Below, one piece after another: positions 18,985 through 27,133 of a stretch of DNA of 64,000 nucleotides. Source of the DNA: OCS155 cluster bacterium AG-349-E07 (GTDB lineage: Bacteria > Actinomycetota > Acidimicrobiia > Actinomarinales > Actinomarinaceae); assembly GCA_003281085.1 (NCBI GenBank), contig QCCZ01000001.1, positions 27,493 to 91,492 on the forward strand, written 5' to 3'. The translations under genes were made by a program, and so were the position numbers. Within the stretch, counting starts at the first letter, position 1, and every line of letters starts with the position of its first letter. The notes beneath the pieces were generated by a model. That model ran no database searches and was not told the DNA's origin. It worked only from the letters and a program-made list of their open reading frames with translations.

Positions 18985-20401
18985 CAGGTTCCATTCCTCT
19001 CAAATAGTCAATAATTAATTCTATATCTGATTGAGGAAGAACAGCACCAAAACCTGGCATTTTTCCTCCTCCTACACCATTAACTCCGTATGCTTTTCCG
19101 TTTACAGAACCTTTGATAATGAAGTCAATAAAGTCTTCCCTTTGCTTAAACTGAATATTTACTCTTCCTGCTCTTAGCGCAGGTCCCAATCCACCTGAAG
19201 CAATCTCTTTTGTGTATGCTACACCAGCTGAATAACCAGCGGTGTGACATCTTGCACAGTATGCATTGAATAATCCAACTGCTCTTTTAGCCTTTTCGAC
19301 ATCACCTTCGAAAGTTGAGTCTGCAATTTCATCAAATGAAACTTCCCACAACTTCTCTTCAAGAGCTTTTTCTAAGAAAGCAAGACCAGTCTCTGCCTCA
19401 TTTAAAAACTTGTCATATCCCTCTGAAATTATTGTAATGTTGATAAGTTCTGATTCTAATTGTGATAAAAATCCATTTGCCACTGACTTATCTTTTCTTC
19501 CCGGAATAGACTCTTCATTATCTGGATCAAGATTCAATATTGACGTACCAAGTATTTCATTTACATTTGCACTATATGTTGATATATCTACTTCTACCGA
19601 GTCGCTTAGACCATCTTCGTCTGTATCTATCCCACCTTCTTTAGAGAGTAAAGCAGAAATATCTTCAACAGCTTTTTGTACAACTGGCAATTTTGTTGGA
19701 GAGTCTTTTACGCTTTGGATTAATTCTTTTTGTCTCGCAATTTCATTTTCTACAAGTAACTCAGAAGTTTCAAGACGTAATAATGAACTATTAATGTTTG
19801 CATCTATCGTCGCCAATTCTTCATTCTGTGGAATTTGGAAATGGTGCATATATTCAATTAAGTCATCTAACTGGCCGTCATTCATTGGTCCTCCGCCTTC
19901 AAGACCCCATGCGGGCATAGGTGAGTTGGCACGGCCATAAATTAACCAATATCTTACTTCATCATCATCGTATCTAAAAAATACATTATTTATTGCTGGT
20001 GCTTCCCAGGTAACGCTAATTCCACTTCTTTTTTCTACATAAGAAGCTGCGCCACCAGAACCATCTACACCATGACAGTTTCCACACCCAAACTCTTCAT
20101 AAAGGTGTTCTCCACGCTCAACAGAGACTTCATCAAATTCAACAACAAATTCTTGTTGTCTATTTTGTTCTCCTAAGTAATAAAGTGGAATCATTATTGT
20201 CAAAAGAGATGCAAGGAGAACAGCAACAGTTAGTGTTCTATCTAACGTTTTTGTTTCAAGTTCATCATCATTTCTATATTTTGATAAATTAGGGGCTATA
20301 TCTTTAGCTTTGCCAGAACCCCTGAAACCAGCTGAAACAAAAAATGCGAGGCCCCCAATGATACCTAGTGCAATTAATGTAATGAAAAGAGAACTAGACA
20401 A
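18977..20401 (-). CDS. Membrane-anchored diheme cytochrome c (QcrC-like) with a long inter-heme insertion
   Basis: Two CxxCH motifs (CGNCH near residue 106, CARCH near residue 382) and N-terminal TM helices. Residues about 190-365 form a helical, acidic insert containing DTDEDGLSD. Confidence 0.85.
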   Translation of the reverse strand: MSSSLFITLIALGIIGGLAFFVSAGFRGSGKAKDIAPNLSKYRNDDELETKTLDRTLTVAVLLASLLTIMIPLYYLGEQNRQQEFVVEFDEVSVERGEHLYEEFGCGNCHGVDGSGGAASYVEKRSGISVTWEAPAINNVFFRYDDDEVRYWLIYGRANSPMPAWGLEGGGPMNDGQLDDLIEYMHHFQIPQNEELATIDANINSSLLRLETSELLVENEIARQKELIQSVKDSPTKLPVVQKAVEDISALLSKEGGIDTDEDGLSDSVEVDISTYSANVNEILGTSILNLDPDNEESIPGRKDKSVANGFLSQLESELINITIISEGYDKFLNEAETGLAFLEKALEEKLWEVSFDEIADSTFEGDVEKAKRAVGLFNAYCARCHTAGYSAGVAYTKEIASGGLGPALRAGRVNIQFKQREDFIDFIIKGSVNGKAYGVNGVGGGKMPGFGAVLPQSDIELIIDYLRGMEPDA

Positions 20402-20404
20402 CTT

Positions 20405-21268
20405 TTATTCCTCCGTTGTTAATGCAATACAAGAAAGACCTTGTGGGTACTTGACTGACATCCCAGGTGCTCTTGGAGATTCAATTATAGTTCCAGTATC
20501 AATAATTAATCTTCCAGATACATTTGCTACGTTGAATCTATCTAAATTTCTTGGAGCTGGACCAGCAAAATATTCACCAACCATATTATATTTTGATCCA
20601 TGACAAGGACATTCAAATCCTTGAGATGAGTTACACCATGGAACTCTGCATCCGAGATGAACGCATCTTTGATAAACAGCCACTAATCCATCTGTAACAG
20701 TTGAACCTGAGGCAAACTGAGAATTAGCTGCTGCAGATTCACTAAGTGGAAGAATATATGCTCTAGCTGCAGGAATAAATGCAGGTATAACAGAACCATC
20801 TGCTTGAAATATTTGGTTTTTTATTTCTTCAATTGATCCAGCATCAATTTTGGAACCAAAACCACCTGAGACTTTTGGCCATATAAAACCTAGATAAGAG
20901 ATAAGTTGTATGCCTGCAAAAGCACCAAATGAAATTCTTAGAGCTTTAGTTAAAAACTGTCTTCGGTTTATACCTATTTCTTCTTCAGATAGCTCCTCAT
21001 ATATTTCTTTTTCTTCTAATTTAACAGTACCGTCAGATGGAACTTCTTGCTCTTGTTCTTCATCAATAATGGTTTCTGTCTCACCTTTTGGTAATTCTGG
21101 CTCGAGAAAATTTGTTGCTGATTTATCTTCTTTTAGTGCTTTCTTTTCAACGTTTTTTTTCCAATTGAGATTTTTAGGACCTCGTCCTGTGACAATCACT
21201 ACAATTCCAATAATTCCTAATAACCCAACTAAAGCAAACCCTGCAAACGATAACTCAACTAAGGTCAT
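20405..21268 (-). CDS. Rieske [2Fe-2S] subunit
   Basis: CVHLGC...CPCHGS Rieske boxes. An N-terminal TM helix and an acidic linker precede an internal Tat-like motif (NRRQFLTKAL). Confidence 0.9.
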   Translation of the reverse strand: MTLVELSFAGFALVGLLGIIGIVVIVTGRGPKNLNWKKNVEKKALKEDKSATNFLEPELPKGETETIIDEEQEQEVPSDGTVKLEEKEIYEELSEEEIGINRRQFLTKALRISFGAFAGIQLISYLGFIWPKVSGGFGSKIDAGSIEEIKNQIFQADGSVIPAFIPAARAYILPLSESAAANSQFASGSTVTDGLVAVYQRCVHLGCRVPWCNSSQGFECPCHGSKYNMVGEYFAGPAPRNLDRFNVANVSGRLIIDTGTIIESPRAPGMSVKYPQGLSCIALTTEE

Positions 21269-22044
21269 TCGAAGTGTATCCAGTCAAGCAAATCATCAAA
21301 CCATATTCCATCAATCCATGGATACGTCCAGTTCCATCCTGGTCCTCTGAAAAGCACACCAATAATGGTCAAAACTCCGGCACCCGCTAAGAAAAAGGTA
21401 TAAAACATAATTGCAAATTTTCTTTTAGAAGGATGAGTTTCTGGATTTCTATCAATATAAGGAAAGGCCATCCAAAGTACTACGCCTAAGACTAGTGGAA
21501 TCATAACACCTGCTATTTGTGGATCCCAATAAGATAATAATTCTTGCAATCCCAAAAAGTACCAAGGAGCTTTTGCTGGGTTAGGTGTAACGTTTGGGTT
21601 GGCTTCTTCAAGCAAAGGTGCTTGTAATATTGCTGATAATAATATTAAGAATGCTGTCATTGCCATAAGAGAAACAAACTCTGGAAGCATTAGGTGTGGC
21701 CAGGTATTTACTTTATCAACTGGTTCAGCTACTGGCTTCTGAATTGGTTTAGCTTTTACAACCGTAAGAAGTCGTTGGGTTACTTTTACCTCAGGCGCAA
21801 AATCTACTTCTTCGGGTGTGTCAGTCTTTGAGGCTGCAGGTGCAGGTGTTTCAGCAGCAGGTGCAGGTGTTTCAGCAGCAGGTGCAGGTGTTTCATCAAT
21901 AACTTTTACTTCTGGTTCTTTGGCAACAACTGTTGGCTCTGTTTCACCTTTCATTTCAGCTAACGCTTGCTCAACACTAATTCCTAGTGCTTTAGCTCTT
22001 GCTTCTGCGGATCTAATTAATAAATGTTCTGGGATATCTACCAT
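21265..22044 (-). CDS. Cytochrome b C-terminal part (subunit IV-like) with N-terminal module and Pro/Ala repeat linker
   Basis: Three TM helices and a Qo-site PEWY-equivalent (KAPWYFLGLQELL). About 100 extra N-terminal residues carry RSAEARAKALGISVE plus (ETPAPAA)x3. ATGA overlap with the Rieske gene. Confidence 0.8.
   Translation of the reverse strand: MVDIPEHLLIRSAEARAKALGISVEQALAEMKGETEPTVVAKEPEVKVIDETPAPAAETPAPAAETPAPAASKTDTPEEVDFAPEVKVTQRLLTVVKAKPIQKPVAEPVDKVNTWPHLMLPEFVSLMAMTAFLILLSAILQAPLLEEANPNVTPNPAKAPWYFLGLQELLSYWDPQIAGVMIPLVLGVVLWMAFPYIDRNPETHPSKRKFAIMFYTFFLAGAGVLTIIGVLFRGPGWNWTYPWIDGIWFDDLLDWIHFE
21836..21895. repeat. In-frame tandem repeat, 21-bp unit x about 2.9 (encodes ETPAPAA repeats on the minus strand)
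   Basis: GCAGGTGCAGGTGTTTCAGCA is repeated at 21836, 21857 and 21878 (the last copy is partial). Confidence 0.9.
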
Positions 22045-22053
22045 AATTGTTTC

Positions 22054-22827
22054 CTATAACGGTCCTGAGATTCCGCCATCTTTACGAACTCTCCAAAAAT
22101 GAACAGCCATAAAAATAACAATGATAAATGGTAAAAAGAGCACGTGTAGTACATAAAACCTTAATAATGTTGCAGTTGTAGCTTCAAGACCGGCGAAGAG
22201 ACCGAATTTAGCTTGCGCACCGATAACAGGCGTGTAGCCAGCCATATTACCTCCTACTGTCACAGCCCATATTGCTAATTGATCCCACGGTAATAGATAT
22301 CCTGTAAATGAAAGTAGTAAAGTTAGGAGCAAAAGAATAACTCCTATAACCCAGTTAAATTCTCTAGGTGCTTTATATGCGCCATGATAAAAAACTCGTG
22401 ACATGTGAAGAAAAACTACTAGAACCATCAAGTGTGCTCCCCAACGATGCATGTTCCTAACTAACGAACCAAATGCAATACTTGTTTGTAGGTTTTGTAT
22501 GTCTACATAAGCAAGTTCAGTTGGACGAAAATAAAACATCAACCAGATACCAGTAATAGTTAAAACAATAAATAAGAAGAAGCTCAATCCACCTAAGCAT
22601 AATGTGTAAGATAGGCGTACTCCGTGCCTCTTTACTTTTACAGGATGTAAGTGATACAAAACATTGTTCATAACAACATATGATCTATTTCTAGGACTAT
22701 CTACATACCCTTTTCTGAATGGTGAACCAGGACGGAAAATACTAGACATTAATTTTCCGCCTCTAAAGCTATCAGCAGCACTGATTCTTGCTTCTTTAAT
22801 CTTGTCTCTTAAAGATAATTTCTGCAT
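22054..22827 (-). CDS. Cytochrome b6-type subunit (four-helix N-terminal half of cytochrome b)
   Basis: His pairs have b6 spacing (HRWGAHLMVLVVFLH, HVLFLPFIIVIFMAVH). Also PREFNW, TGYLLPWDQ and a b6-like C-terminal end RKDGGISGPL. CLGG conserves the Cys that binds heme ci in b6f and Firmicute complexes. Confidence 0.9.
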   Translation of the reverse strand: MQKLSLRDKIKEARISAADSFRGGKLMSSIFRPGSPFRKGYVDSPRNRSYVVMNNVLYHLHPVKVKRHGVRLSYTLCLGGLSFFLFIVLTITGIWLMFYFRPTELAYVDIQNLQTSIAFGSLVRNMHRWGAHLMVLVVFLHMSRVFYHGAYKAPREFNWVIGVILLLLTLLLSFTGYLLPWDQLAIWAVTVGGNMAGYTPVIGAQAKFGLFAGLEATTATLLRFYVLHVLFLPFIIVIFMAVHFWRVRKDGGISGPL

Positions 22828-22836
22828 TATGTAATT

Positions 22837-23283
22837 TTAAAGCCTTCCATATATATATCCATGTCTGTCACTTCTTTGACCAGAATCTTCATCCCATGGA
22901 GCTTGGTAGATGCCATTTTCAACTGCTTGGTCTGCTAGAGATCCTGCAAACTTTCCAAGTGAAATAACTCCAGTAGGACACCTATCTACACAAAGTGCAC
23001 ATCTTGTACAAGCGTCCTCATCAACAACAAAAAAACCAGGTTCCTCTGAAGCATCAGGAGACTCTACATTTATTGAATCTTCAATAGCGTCTACAGACAA
23101 ATAATGAATACACTTCCATGGACAAATATCTACACATCCTTCACATAGAATGCACTCAGATTCATCTATATGTAAAAACTGTTTTGGTCTAACTCGGGAA
23201 GCCACTTTTTCTGCTTCAACCATTGCTAGATTGTATTTTTTTTCAAACTCTGGCATCTCTATAAGAACTTCTGATTTAGGCAT
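22837..23283 (-). CDS. 2x[4Fe-4S] ferredoxin-domain protein encoded inside the cytochrome b operon
   Basis: CILCEGCVDICP and CTRCALCVDRCP clusters. The ORF track extends to 23352, but the ATG at 23283 overlaps the upstream stop by 8 nt (ATGCCTAA) and is the more likely start. Confidence 0.8.
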   Translation of the reverse strand: MPKSEVLIEMPEFEKKYNLAMVEAEKVASRVRPKQFLHIDESECILCEGCVDICPWKCIHYLSVDAIEDSINVESPDASEEPGFFVVDEDACTRCALCVDRCPTGVISLGKFAGSLADQAVENGIYQAPWDEDSGQRSDRHGYIYGRL

Positions 23284-23869
23284 CTTGTTCCACCCTAACA
23301 ACCTCTTTTCCATAGTCGGAAATTCTAGATTTTGATTTTTCAACTTTATCATTTATATCTTGAATCAGATAAGCAACTACTAAGCCTGCTATTAAAAAGT
23401 TTGTAGAAATACCTAACTGAATTAAATCTTTAAGTGCAGCAAAACTTAACCCAATTTCATTGTTCAAGAATAATATTGGTGGGAATTGAATAAACTCTCT
23501 TTGACCAGTCCATTCAAGAGGACCCTGAGATAAGTTAAGCCATTCTGAAGGTACAATACCCAACAAAATAGACATTTCGATCCAAGTAAGGAAAGCAAAA
23601 TAAGTAGCTTTAGCCCAAGTTAATTCTTTGTCATTCCAGACAATCAAGACAAGACCCAGTAGTAAAAGCTGACTTGCACCAAAAGCAATTAGCTGACCTA
23701 TTGTTTGTGGTAACCAGCCTCTAGGAATCCAATTAAAATAATCAATAACTTCGCCTTTTGGAAATCCTGCAAAGTGTGCGATGATAACTCCAATTGTCAT
23801 CCCTCCTATACCAGAGACAATTGAAATTAAACCTATTCTGTATCTAAATTTATAAATTGTATAAATCAA
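23276..23869 (-). CDS. Hypothetical polytopic membrane protein, first gene of the Rieske/cytochrome b operon
   Basis: 197 aa with about five TM helices. Translationally coupled to the ferredoxin gene. No motif recognised. Confidence 0.55.
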   Translation of the reverse strand: MIYTIYKFRYRIGLISIVSGIGGMTIGVIIAHFAGFPKGEVIDYFNWIPRGWLPQTIGQLIAFGASQLLLLGLVLIVWNDKELTWAKATYFAFLTWIEMSILLGIVPSEWLNLSQGPLEWTGQREFIQFPPILFLNNEIGLSFAALKDLIQLGISTNFLIAGLVVAYLIQDINDKVEKSKSRISDYGKEVVRVEQDA

Positions 23870-24014
23870 ATTTCCTCAAACCTTACCTATATATTTTATC
23901 CTAAGATTGGAAAAAAATATAAATTGATTTCAATATCTTTTTCAAACATTTATCTTATAACGAGAAACATTTTTGAATATAATAGTAAAGTCAAAATGAA
24001 TAATAGCTAGGCTT

Positions 24015-25406
24015 ATGAAATTAAAATTGATTCCAAAAAACGAACAGGAGCTTTCAAAACTTTTTGTTCTAATTTTTCCATTAACCCTTTTGTTGTCATC
24101 ATCTACATCTTTTCTCAGAGATGCTTACTTTACATTTGCTAACTTAATCCCAAATAACAAAATTTTTAACTATGGATTTCTAGACACACTTTACAATCAA
24201 GCAACCTATGGCCTGCTTTTTGCTACATGCGTCTGCTTATCTTTCACTTATTTATTTTCAAAATCTCTTGGAAGAATTGCAGTACTTTTTCCGCTTTTGT
24301 TTCTGACATTATTAGGTCTTGTTGGTACAGAATTTTTAGACCTTCTTTTCAGCTTTTTTTATCAAGATAGAATTAATTTAACAGGAAATAGTTCGTTACT
24401 AATTATTCTAAAAATACTTGTTGGCTTTGGATTGTTTGGCCTAGCTTCATTAAATTTATTAGCTAAAAAAGAAAGTTCAATTTTTGCAAGTGCTCAGTTC
24501 ATATATGGTGCAATAGTTTTTTATTTTATTTCACTAATTGTATCTCGTTCAGAATTAGTTGTATTTACTGATTCTTTGATGATTGCTTCGCTCCATAATT
24601 CAACACATATATATGTGGGTGTATCATTTGTTTTTCTTGCTATTGTTCATTTTTTAATGACGAAACCTTTAGGGGCAACTCTTTTTAATAAAACGCTTAC
24701 AGCAATTACATTTTGGGGTTTCTTGTTTCTGCTTCCATGGACAAACTTTAAGTATTACTTTGGATCTATAATTCCCAATTGGCTTGAGAATGTATCTATC
24801 TATCTTTCACTAAGTTTATTAATTCCTCTTCTTGCATTTTCAGTAAATTATGTAAAAACAATACAGACAAAAGAAGATGAGGGTAATAAGTCATCTGGTT
24901 TAATGAGCTTTTCCGTTATTTTATTTTTAATTACTAATTTACTTCACATTATTTCTAGCTTTGAAAACATACTTCCATTAGTTGGACTGACTAATTTTCA
25001 ATATGTAATAAATCAGGGATATATTGGATCTTTAATTTTTGCTACAATTTCATTTGTCTATTATCTCATTCCCAAGCTTTTTGGAAGGTCAGTCAGATAT
25101 TCAAGACTTGAGGATTTAATCTTTTCCGGGTTTAAGTTTTTATATCCAGCTCTACTAATTAACAATTTTCTTATTGGAGTAAATTCTGGATATTCTTGGA
25201 ATGCTGGAGCAAATGCTGGAAGTCCCACAATCTACGGTGAAGGGTTCAGTATATTATGGAGTGTTGTAAGTATTAACTACTCTGCTAATACTTTTATTTC
25301 ACTTTTGCTAATGACGTTATCGTTTTTATTCTTTATTTCAGTCGTAAGATCAATTAGTTCTGGTGATGTAACAACAGTTGAAGAAATGGTTTTTAGCAGT
25401 GAGTGA
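24015..25406 (+). CDS. CcoN-like (C-family heme-copper oxidase subunit I-like) polytopic protein lacking most canonical metal-ligand histidines
   Basis: 463 aa with 12 or more TM helices. Segments align by eye to CcoN: LYNQATYGLLFA (cf. LHTNAVIFAF), LHNS (cf. GHNA), ITFWGF (cf. VHFWAL), WTNFKYY (cf. GPHHLHY), INQGY (cf. GHVHA), YYLIPKLFGR (cf. YHLVPKVFGR). The whole protein has only 4 His. Confidence 0.55.
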   Translation: MKLKLIPKNEQELSKLFVLIFPLTLLLSSSTSFLRDAYFTFANLIPNNKIFNYGFLDTLYNQATYGLLFATCVCLSFTYLFSKSLGRIAVLFPLLFLTLLGLVGTEFLDLLFSFFYQDRINLTGNSSLLIILKILVGFGLFGLASLNLLAKKESSIFASAQFIYGAIVFYFISLIVSRSELVVFTDSLMIASLHNSTHIYVGVSFVFLAIVHFLMTKPLGATLFNKTLTAITFWGFLFLLPWTNFKYYFGSIIPNWLENVSIYLSLSLLIPLLAFSVNYVKTIQTKEDEGNKSSGLMSFSVILFLITNLLHIISSFENILPLVGLTNFQYVINQGYIGSLIFATISFVYYLIPKLFGRSVRYSRLEDLIFSGFKFLYPALLINNFLIGVNSGYSWNAGANAGSPTIYGEGFSILWSVVSINYSANTFISLLLMTLSFLFFISVVRSISSGDVTTVEEMVFSSE

Positions 25407-26199
25407 TTTAGTAAATAAAGTAGCTGAATTATTAAACGCACCAGTTGACCTTGTGCAGAGATCAGCAGAGGCACGAGCACAGGCGTCTGGCGTCTCTGTT
25501 GACGATGTATTAAATTCATGGGCTGGTGGAGAGAGTGTTGCTGCAAGTTCAGCACCTGCACCGAAAGAAGAAGCCCCTGTTGAAGAAGTAAAAGAGGAAG
25601 CTCCTGTTGAAGAACTTGAGGATAATGTAGAGGAAACAACTGAAGTAGAAGTTGTCGAAGAAAAAGAAGCTCAAGACGTTATTGAGGAAGTTGTTGAGGA
25701 AGTTGTTGAGTTAAAAAATGAGAGTTCATTGGCGTTTATCAGTGGCGTCTTGTTAATTGGAATATTTACTTTTATCTTTGCCTTTGTAATTCCAAAGAAT
25801 CAATCAATAAGCGCAGTTGAAAGCTCTCTAAACAATTCAGTAAGTATAACTAGTGAAGTATTGAGAGGGGCAGAGATATATGGTGAACTAAATTGTCAAT
25901 CGTGTCACACTCAAAACGTAAGAACTTTAATTCCTGATACTCAAAATGGTAAAGTTCTCAAAAACAAATACGCAAATGCAGCACTTATTAAAAATGTAGG
26001 TACTATTCGCTTGGGACCCGATCTCTCAACAAATGGTACAAGAGAACCAACTAATAATTCCCAATGGCTAAAAAGATATCTAACTGACTCCTCTTCTGTA
26101 AATAGGGATATTCCACACCCAAACTATGGATTTCTAGACGACAATGATTTGGAGTACCTCGTAACCTATTTACTATCATTAGGAGAAGTAAATGAGTGA
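25399..26199 (+). CDS. CcoO-like membrane-anchored monoheme cytochrome c with N-terminal repeat module
   Basis: Likely GTG start at 25399 (GTGAGTGA overlap with the upstream stop; the ORF track starts at TTG 25378). GAEIYGELNCQSCHTQNVR, RLGPDLS, WLKRYL and LVTYLLSL follow the FixO/CcoO pattern. One TM helix. Confidence 0.7.
   Translation: MSDLVNKVAELLNAPVDLVQRSAEARAQASGVSVDDVLNSWAGGESVAASSAPAPKEEAPVEEVKEEAPVEELEDNVEETTEVEVVEEKEAQDVIEEVVEEVVELKNESSLAFISGVLLIGIFTFIFAFVIPKNQSISAVESSLNNSVSITSEVLRGAEIYGELNCQSCHTQNVRTLIPDTQNGKVLKNKYANAALIKNVGTIRLGPDLSTNGTREPTNNSQWLKRYLTDSSSVNRDIPHPNYGFLDDNDLEYLVTYLLSLGEVNE
25400..25614 (+). repeat. Direct repeat copy 1 (215 bp, identical to 26193..26407)
   Basis: Base-by-base comparison of the two stretches shows no mismatch. 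Offset is 793 bp. It covers the upstream stop, the start codon and the first 70 or so codons. Confidence 0.95.
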
Positions 26200-27133
26200 T
26201 TTAGTAAATAAAGTAGCTGAATTATTAAACGCACCAGTTGACCTTGTGCAGAGATCAGCAGAGGCACGAGCACAGGCGTCTGGCGTCTCTGTTGACGATG
26301 TATTAAATTCATGGGCTGGTGGAGAGAGTGTTGCTGCAAGTTCAGCACCTGCACCGAAAGAAGAAGCCCCTGTTGAAGAAGTAAAAGAGGAAGCTCCTGT
26401 TGAAGAAGTAAAAGAGGAAGCTCCTGTTGAAGAAGTAAAAGAAGAAGCCCCTGTTGCAGCTTCTGTATCAACTAAACAAGTTAAAAAATCTGTTTCATTT
26501 ATTAATGAGACTATGTCTATCAAAACAAACTCAGATACGATTTTGCCTAAGTGGCTAAACTTTAGTTTTGTAATTATTCCATTATTTATACTTATTGGTC
26601 TTATTAGTTCCTCAAATACACAAGAGTGTGGCGAAAGAGGAATGCTAGACGTAGATAGAAAATCCCAACAGGCTGTTAATTGTGATGGATCACCTTACGA
26701 AGGAAGGGGCGTTGCTGCTACAAATACAATCAATTACATAGCAGTAGGTCAAGAAGTTTATGCAGGAGCAGGTGCTTGTGCTGGCTGTCATGGTGGAGGT
26801 GGAGGTGGAGGTGTTGGACCTGCATTTACCGGCGGTGCTTTATATACAACATTCCCAACATGCGCTGATCATGCAAAGTGGATACAACTAGGTTCTGCAG
26901 GATGGCAGGCTGAGGTTGGTCCTACATACGGAGCTGAAAATACTGTCTCGATTGGTGGTATGCCTGGTTTTCAAGGAAAACTCACTGAAGATGAAATTTA
27001 CGCAGTTGTAGTATTCGAGAGAGTTGTTTTTGGTGGTGGAGATACCGAAGAAGTGTTAATAGATTGTGGATTGCTAGAGACTGAAGAAGAGGAAGAAGAA
27101 GTAACTACAGAGGCAGTTAGTACTTCTCCTTAA
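26192..27133 (+). CDS. Membrane-anchored monoheme class I cytochrome c with N-terminal repeat module and acidic tail
   Basis: CAGCH heme motif followed by a Gly run. GGMPGF supplies a candidate Met ligand. One TM helix and a C-terminal ETEEEEEEV tail. ATGAGTGA overlap with the upstream stop. Confidence 0.8.
   Translation: MSDLVNKVAELLNAPVDLVQRSAEARAQASGVSVDDVLNSWAGGESVAASSAPAPKEEAPVEEVKEEAPVEEVKEEAPVEEVKEEAPVAASVSTKQVKKSVSFINETMSIKTNSDTILPKWLNFSFVIIPLFILIGLISSSNTQECGERGMLDVDRKSQQAVNCDGSPYEGRGVAATNTINYIAVGQEVYAGAGACAGCHGGGGGGGVGPAFTGGALYTTFPTCADHAKWIQLGSAGWQAEVGPTYGAENTVSIGGMPGFQGKLTEDEIYAVVVFERVVFGGGDTEEVLIDCGLLETEEEEEEVTTEAVSTSP
26193..26407 (+). repeat. Direct repeat copy 2 (215 bp, identical to 25400..25614)
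   Basis: See copy 1. Identity ends where copy 2 continues with additional 27-bp units. Confidence 0.95.
26363..26455 (+). repeat. In-frame tandem repeat, 27-bp unit x about 3.4 (EAPVEEVKE)
   Basis: Units start at 26363, 26390 and 26417, with a partial unit at 26444. Copy 1 of the module (25570-25614) has only about 1.7 units. Confidence 0.9.

Noticed and set aside
19266-21350. Plus-strand ORFs 19266..19940, 20310..20603 and 20910..21350 antisense to the cytochrome c and Rieske genes
   Set aside because: The minus-strand products carry CxxCH and Rieske boxes. The antisense products are Ser-rich with no motifs.
23870-24014. Possible FNR/CRP-type site TTGATTTCAATATC in the divergent promoter region between the two respiratory operons
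   Set aside because: Only the left half (TTGAT) fits the TTGAT-N4-ATCAA consensus, and the right half has three mismatches. In DNA this AT-rich such half-matches are expected by chance.
25277-26523. Minus-strand Leu/Gln-rich ORFs (25277..25639, 26166..26471, 26179..26523) with striking LLLLQQELPLLLLQQ repeats
   Set aside because: They are mirror images of the plus-strand EAPVEEVKE repeat and the duplicated module. Their apparent repetitiveness is inherited from the sense strand, whose products contain heme motifs downstream.
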